From the NCBI GenBank assembly GCA_964447395.1, contig CAYUSO010000004.1, forward strand, positions 109-64,108: a stretch of DNA of 64,000 bases, written 5' to 3'. The stretch is from an uncultured Rhizobium sp. (GTDB taxonomy: Bacteria; Pseudomonadota; Alphaproteobacteria; Rickettsiales; UBA1997). Below the pieces are notes generated by a model, which did not search any database, was not told the DNA's origin, and worked only from the letters and a program-made list of their open reading frames with translations. Positions 59,548-64,000 of this stretch are shown here, in pieces. The position numbers and the translations under genes were made by a program. Each line of letters starts with the position of its first letter. The stretch's first letter is position 1.

Positions 59548-60429
59548 TTAGCGCTTCCTCATTGAGAGCAGCTTGTTGTTGTAGATGCAAAGCAGACCAT
59601 CGGCTAAGCGTAGGGTGAATTGCCTAGAAACAGTGCTAACCACAACATATCCATCACGCACTACGTAACTCAAACTATGTTCAATGCCGCTGACATCAAC
59701 CGCACTGATTGTAGGAATAACCAAGTTGTCATTTGCGAATTGGAAATGGGTTTCAGAGCCATCATCGTAAACTTTTAGCGGCAAGATATTGTCGGATTTT
59801 CCAGCCAAACTATAGTCGAAATTCAGCTGAGCTTCTTCGGGATTGCGCTCGATAATTCCCGGCATATCGCGATCAACTCTAGCACCTGGAATTGGGGTTC
59901 TAACAACTCCACCGGCCAAAGGTAGTGGCGCAACTTTAGATGGAATTTGCTGCTGTGGCGCTCTCGCAGCAGAATTTGGCACAGCTAATTGCGGAGGAAT
60001 TGGCAAAGGCTGTCCACTTTGCGGATAAAAGAAGCGAATTGTGTAAACTAAATCTTCGTCGGCTTTACCGGTAAATTCGTCGGATCTTATGTCAAAATGA
60101 TAGGTTCTTTTATTGGTGATAATCGTCATGTTGGTATGAGCCGCGATTTCAAGTGGACGCACAAAAAGCCTTTTTCCAGCTGGAGTTAAGCGCCAAGCAA
60201 AAGCTTCACCAATCGAGATCATTTCGATTTCTTCATCTTCAGCAAATTCGATGAAAGACTGGTAATTGTAGAAAAATTTCAGCTCGTAAACTTCGTTAGG
60301 ATTATAAACCAAAGTTCTGATGCGGGAATCTGTGGTAATTGGCGTTTGAGCCAGAGCAGCGGTTGAGCACAACATCACGAAACCAAAGCAAAATAATTTT
60401 ATGATTTTGGAAATCGTGATTGGTTTCAT
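59548..60429 (-). CDS. virB9: type IV secretion system protein VirB9
   Basis: 293-aa ORF with a signal peptide and the VirB9/CagX N-domain pattern (DSRIRTLVYNPNEVYEL, IGEAFAWRL, FVRPLE, TNMTIITNKRTYHFDI). A Pro-rich linker and a C-terminal beta domain follow. Confidence 0.85.
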   Translation of the reverse strand: MKPITISKIIKLFCFGFVMLCSTAALAQTPITTDSRIRTLVYNPNEVYELKFFYNYQSFIEFAEDEEIEMISIGEAFAWRLTPAGKRLFVRPLEIAAHTNMTIITNKRTYHFDIRSDEFTGKADEDLVYTIRFFYPQSGQPLPIPPQLAVPNSAARAPQQQIPSKVAPLPLAGGVVRTPIPGARVDRDMPGIIERNPEEAQLNFDYSLAGKSDNILPLKVYDDGSETHFQFANDNLVIPTISAVDVSGIEHSLSYVVRDGYVVVSTVSRQFTLRLADGLLCIYNNKLLSMRKR

Positions 60430-60431
60430 GT

Positions 60432-61082
60432 TTAGTAGGCAAATACCTCTTCTGCGATTAAGTATCCACTAACCTGAAAACCGAGTGGATTTATCAGTCT
60501 TTCTTCCATGCTTAGCTTGATGTTTGAAGCAAAATAAAAATTCATCGTGACGACTTCATCTTTTGTTTGCGGATCAGTTCCTTCTTTGACGAATTGGCGC
60601 GTGGTGCGAATTTGCGCCGAATTTGCGCTGGTAAATTGAATGGATTTTATTCTGACATCGATTGAGCCACTAGCACCAAGATCTCTGGCGTTAATACGAT
60701 TTCTGAAATCAGCATAAACTCCCGGAACTGACATTAGGCGCACTTTCTCAACATCCTGCTTGTAAGTTTTTGGATCATATCCGTTCGCCGCGTGAATAAA
60801 TTCGTTGATGAAATATTTGCGAATCATTTGATCGCCGGTGAAAGTTTGTGAAGTGAGTTGATCAACAACTGTGGCAATTCCGGTTTTTTCTTCGACCTCA
60901 ATAACGTAAGGCTCAAGAGACTTGGAAGACATAACGTTCTTCACAAAAATCACCGCAACCGCAACGGAAAACATCGAAATCAAAGTGAATAACAAAAGAA
61001 TATTTCGCTGAACAACAACGATTTGATAGCGATTTGAATACCAACTTTTTATTTTCGTTTTGGTTTTTTTGGTCTCTGTCAT
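60432..61082 (-). CDS. virB8: type IV secretion system protein VirB8
   Basis: 216-aa ORF with an N-terminal TM (NILLLFTLISMFSVAVAVIFV) followed by LEPYVIEVEEKTG and an NTF2-like body typical of VirB8. Confidence 0.85.
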   Translation of the reverse strand: MTETKKTKTKIKSWYSNRYQIVVVQRNILLLFTLISMFSVAVAVIFVKNVMSSKSLEPYVIEVEEKTGIATVVDQLTSQTFTGDQMIRKYFINEFIHAANGYDPKTYKQDVEKVRLMSVPGVYADFRNRINARDLGASGSIDVRIKSIQFTSANSAQIRTTRQFVKEGTDPQTKDEVVTMNFYFASNIKLSMEERLINPLGFQVSGYLIAEEVFAY

Positions 61083-61215
61083 TGCTTGAAAATAAAGGGC
61101 TGAGGAAGGCTTGAGAATTTTTTAAAAAACAAAATTTCGCGCGAAAGTAAAGAGCTTGATTAATATTTCAAGCCGTCTTAAGCCGCGCGAAATTTCGTAA
61201 ATTTTTTTGCTCAAA

Positions 61216-62340
61216 ATGAATTTTATAATCCAAGAAAAAGTTCCGCTCTCGCAAAAATTAGAGCAGTTAAATTGGCTGTTAATTTCGCTAATTATCATCC
61301 TCGCTTTCACTGGATTTTTGATGCTTTATTCCGCTGGCGGCGGTTCGTTTTACCCTTGGCTGATAAGACAACTCGGCTTTTTCTGCCTTTTCTTTCCTCT
61401 GATGATTTTCATCGGAATTACCGACATAAAAATTTGGTTCAAAGCCTCGTATTTTTTCTACGCAATCGCGCTGACCCTAGTAATTATCGTCGACGTGATG
61501 GGACACAATGCCATGGGCGCAACGAGATGGTTTCGCATTGGATCACTAACGATTCAGCCTTCGGAAATAATGAAAGTTTGCACGGTTTTTGCGCTCGCTC
61601 GCTATTTTTACAGCATCGAAATGGAAAATATCGGCAAGATAAAATTCGTGATTATTCCGCTTTTACTAATCGCCGTTCCCGCTTTTTTTATCTTCCACCA
61701 ACCCGATCTTGGAACCGCGACAATTCTCACTTTAGTTGGTGTTTCAGTTTTATTTTTAGCTGGCGTCAGAATGTGGAAATTCATTTCCGTCGGCGTTGCC
61801 ACACTAACCGCGATCCCTTTCGCCTGGCACTTCTTGCTCTATGATTATCAAAAACAGCGCATCTTAACTTTTCTAAATCCCAACAATGATCCGCTGGGCA
61901 GCGGCTATAACATCATTCAATCAAAAATCGCGATTGGTTCTGGTGGAATGTTCGGCAAAGGCTATTTGAACGGCACGCAAGGCCAACTCAACTTTTTACC
62001 AGAAAAACAAACCGACTTCATTTTCACAATGCTTTCGGAAGAACTCGGATTTGTCGGCAGTCTTTTTGTCATCGTAATTTATTCCGCCATTATCGCCATT
62101 TGCATCAATATCGCCACTCGCACTAAGCACCAATATGGCCGCTTGTTGACGATGGGCGTGGTGAATATTTTTTTCGTCCACATGTTCATCAATATGGGAA
62201 TGGTGATGGGATTAATTCCAGTTGTCGGCGCGCCGCTGCCTTTCATTTCCTACGGCGGCACAATTACAGCTTCAATGATGATTGGCTTTGGATTGGTGCT
62301 GAATGTGGATGCGCATCGAAATACGGATTTGAAGGTTTAG
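61216..62340 (+). CDS. rodA: SEDS-family peptidoglycan polymerase (RodA-like)
   Basis: The ATG at 61216 was chosen. About 10 TM segments, with QPSEIMK, DLGTA, GYNIIQSKIAIGSGG, FLPEKQTDFIF, and PLPFISYGGT. Confidence 0.85.
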   Translation: MNFIIQEKVPLSQKLEQLNWLLISLIIILAFTGFLMLYSAGGGSFYPWLIRQLGFFCLFFPLMIFIGITDIKIWFKASYFFYAIALTLVIIVDVMGHNAMGATRWFRIGSLTIQPSEIMKVCTVFALARYFYSIEMENIGKIKFVIIPLLLIAVPAFFIFHQPDLGTATILTLVGVSVLFLAGVRMWKFISVGVATLTAIPFAWHFLLYDYQKQRILTFLNPNNDPLGSGYNIIQSKIAIGSGGMFGKGYLNGTQGQLNFLPEKQTDFIFTMLSEELGFVGSLFVIVIYSAIIAICINIATRTKHQYGRLLTMGVVNIFFVHMFINMGMVMGLIPVVGAPLPFISYGGTITASMMIGFGLVLNVDAHRNTDLKV

Positions 62341-62365
62341 GTTTTTAGTTGCAAAGCGACTTACA

Positions 62366-62467
62366 GCTTAAGTTCCCCGAGCAAAACTTAGCGTCGTCTA
62401 GGGGTTTAAGAAAATAGACTTAAAAACCCCTCGACGAAGGCCTTTGGCCTTTGCTCGGGGAGCTTAG
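62366..62467. repeat. palindromic element, variant subfamily
   Basis: agcttaagttccccgagcaaaacttagcgtcgtctagggg-tttaagaaaatagacttaaaaa-cccctcgacgaaggcctttggcctttgctcggggagcttag, between the convergent rodA and rmuC genes. Confidence 0.7.
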
Positions 62468-62494
62468 GAAGAAACCGTCGGCCTGACTTATGAC

Positions 62495-63778
62495 TTACAA
62501 CTCCTCCTCTCTCGCCTCAAACTCCTCCAACAATTTCACCTCCGAAACTCTCTTCCCCTCGATTCCCAATTCCGAAATATTTTTACTTAAAACCGTAGCG
62601 CGATTTAGATTTTTTGCGAGTTTGTTATAGCCCGTGAGAGCTTTGTTTATCGACTTTCCCATCTCTGCTGATTCTTTGACGATCATCACCAAATTATCCA
62701 AAAGTTTGCGCACTTCGACTTTCAGAATTTCGATATTTTTTTCTTGTTTGAAGCGATCAATCACGAATTTTACGTTGGATAAAAGATGCACCAACACAAC
62801 GGGAGTGGCCACGATAATTCCGGCTTCGAAGGCTCTTTGCTCGAAATCCTTATCAGCTTTTTTTATCACTTCCAACATCTGTTCAGTTTGCAAAAACATC
62901 ACCGACAAAATTTTAAAATCGGAGGAATTTTTGCTGCGTAATTCTTCGAATAAAAAATTGGCGTAATCCTTGCGCTTCAAGTCTTCTAGATGTTTACGGA
63001 AAGTGTTTTTTATCTTGCCTAAAATTTCCTTTCTTTCTTCGTCATTTGCACTTTCAGCCAGCTCAAAAAAATGCGGCGAAGATTTGGAATCGATGATGAC
63101 AATTTGATCGCTCGGCAGAAATAAAATAGCGTCGGGACGCTTGGATTCACTGGCTGCAGCAGATCCAAAATGCGATTGCAAAACATAATCGCCAACCGCA
63201 GTGAGCGATTCTTTTTCCAATAAATTCGAGCTTTTTAAAATATTTTCCAAAGTGATTTCAGCCGTTCTACCAGCGCCTCCGGGACTTAATAACGCCGCTT
63301 TAGTTTGGCCGATTTCTTTGCTGGATTTTCTAACTTCATCATCAAGCGCAGTTAATTTTGCCGTCACATTTTCGAAATTTTTAAAAAGATTTTCGGTAAT
63401 TTTTTTGATATTTTCCTGCTGATTAACCGAGAGGCGATTTTGCTGTTCGTTATTTTTTTTCATCAACTCTTCCGAGAGTTTAAAAAGCATGGTTTCCTTA
63501 TCCTGATTCCATTCCTGCTTATGCTGCTCGAGTTGTTGCTGCGCCTGTTTTAGCAGCTCATTTTGCTTTTCAAAATGTAGTAATTTTTCCTGCAAAAAAT
63601 CGATTTTTTCTGCCGATTTTTTTTCTGATTTTTCTTTTTCCAAACGCAAAAAATTCACCTCGTTTTCTGCACGTTCCAACTGACCTTTAGCGCGCGAAGA
63701 TTTTTGTTTTTCCTGCGACAGAAAATAGAAAAATATTCCGCCACCAAAAGCTGCAATTATTGTCAAAGCTATTGCCAT
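62495..63778 (-). CDS. rmuC: DNA recombination protein RmuC
   Basis: 427-aa ORF with an N-terminal TM, a long coiled coil, and an RmuC nuclease-like C-domain (RPDAILFLPSDQIVIIDSK). Confidence 0.9.
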   Translation of the reverse strand: MAIALTIIAAFGGGIFFYFLSQEKQKSSRAKGQLERAENEVNFLRLEKEKSEKKSAEKIDFLQEKLLHFEKQNELLKQAQQQLEQHKQEWNQDKETMLFKLSEELMKKNNEQQNRLSVNQQENIKKITENLFKNFENVTAKLTALDDEVRKSSKEIGQTKAALLSPGGAGRTAEITLENILKSSNLLEKESLTAVGDYVLQSHFGSAAASESKRPDAILFLPSDQIVIIDSKSSPHFFELAESANDEERKEILGKIKNTFRKHLEDLKRKDYANFLFEELRSKNSSDFKILSVMFLQTEQMLEVIKKADKDFEQRAFEAGIIVATPVVLVHLLSNVKFVIDRFKQEKNIEILKVEVRKLLDNLVMIVKESAEMGKSINKALTGYNKLAKNLNRATVLSKNISELGIEGKRVSEVKLLEEFEAREEEL

Positions 63779-63807
63779 TGTATTCGGGAAATTGATTACT
63801 AGTTTTT

Positions 63808-63895
63808 GCAGCTCCTCGACCCATTTCTCAGCTCCCCGAGCGGAGTCGAGGGGTGGGAAAGCAAACTCCTAACCCCTCGACGCAGTGTGGGGAAC
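63808..63895. repeat. palindromic element family A, core copy plus partial arm
   Basis: cagctccccgagcggagtcgagggg-tgggaaagcaaactcctaa-cccctcgacgcagtgtggggaac. It is preceded by the partial arm gcagctcctcgaccc. Confidence 0.8.
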
Positions 63896-63927
63896 TTGGT
63901 TTGAAGAGCTAATATTTTTACCCTCCT

Positions 63928-64000
63928 ATGACTGAACAACAAATTCAACCGCAAGTTTTTTACACTTTGCCTCTGCGCGATGTGGTAATTTTTCCGCAAA
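63928..64000 (+). CDS. lon: Lon protease, N-terminal fragment (runs off window)
   Basis: The ATG at 63928 gives MTEQQIQPQVFYTLPLRDVVIFPQ. LPLRDVV.FP is the canonical Lon N-terminus. Confidence 0.6.
   Translation, partial: MTEQQIQPQVFYTLPLRDVVIFPQ

Noticed and set aside
61272-61844. 190-aa ORF in an alternative frame of rodA
   Set aside because: It is on the same strand but out of frame within a canonical SEDS gene. Its Arg/His-rich translation is typical of off-frame reading.

Overview
This is an AT-rich alphaproteobacterial chromosome segment. The gene content looks Rickettsiales/Holosporales-like, which I infer from: fusA not followed by tuf, tlyC, ampG, split virB4/virB6 and virB8/virB9 loci, an APRc-like retropepsin, and pccA. 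There are about 60 densely packed protein genes, many with 1-4 nt start/stop overlaps, and 3 tRNAs (Thr-GGU, Arg-CCU, Arg-UCU). Nearly all genes are housekeeping: translation, envelope, cofactors, thiol-redox, parAB. I saw no CRISPR array, transposase, integrase or phage genes. Signals beyond housekeeping are: (1) A family of nested palindromic elements (core ctccccgagcggagtcgagggg ... cccctcgacttcgctcggggag) occupies at least 11 intergenic sites. Some copies are nested, one lies inside parA-parB, and one supplies the 3' end and stop codon of a shortened nadD. (2) Heptanucleotide tandem repeats build long intergenic hairpins and also sit in frame inside ubiE and nadE. (3) The str operon is split by a 570-aa two-domain glycan-enzyme-like gene, bracketed by a strong intrinsic terminator and an 81-nt hairpin. 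EF-G also carries non-canonical switch-I residues. (4) A tight operon encodes a DsbA-like protein, an orphan MlaF-like ABC ATPase, and two tandem prepilin-LamG fusion paralogs, with no pilus or T2SS machinery nearby. This is my best candidate for an undescribed system. (5) The tRNA-Arg(CCU) locus holds collinear fragments of a second copy, including a perfect 36-nt direct repeat. Next to it, a DUF4143-type AAA ATPase gene is flanked by 31-nt hairpin direct repeats. (6) Five parS-like sites surround parAB. All functional calls come from motif recognition by eye, since no searches could be run.
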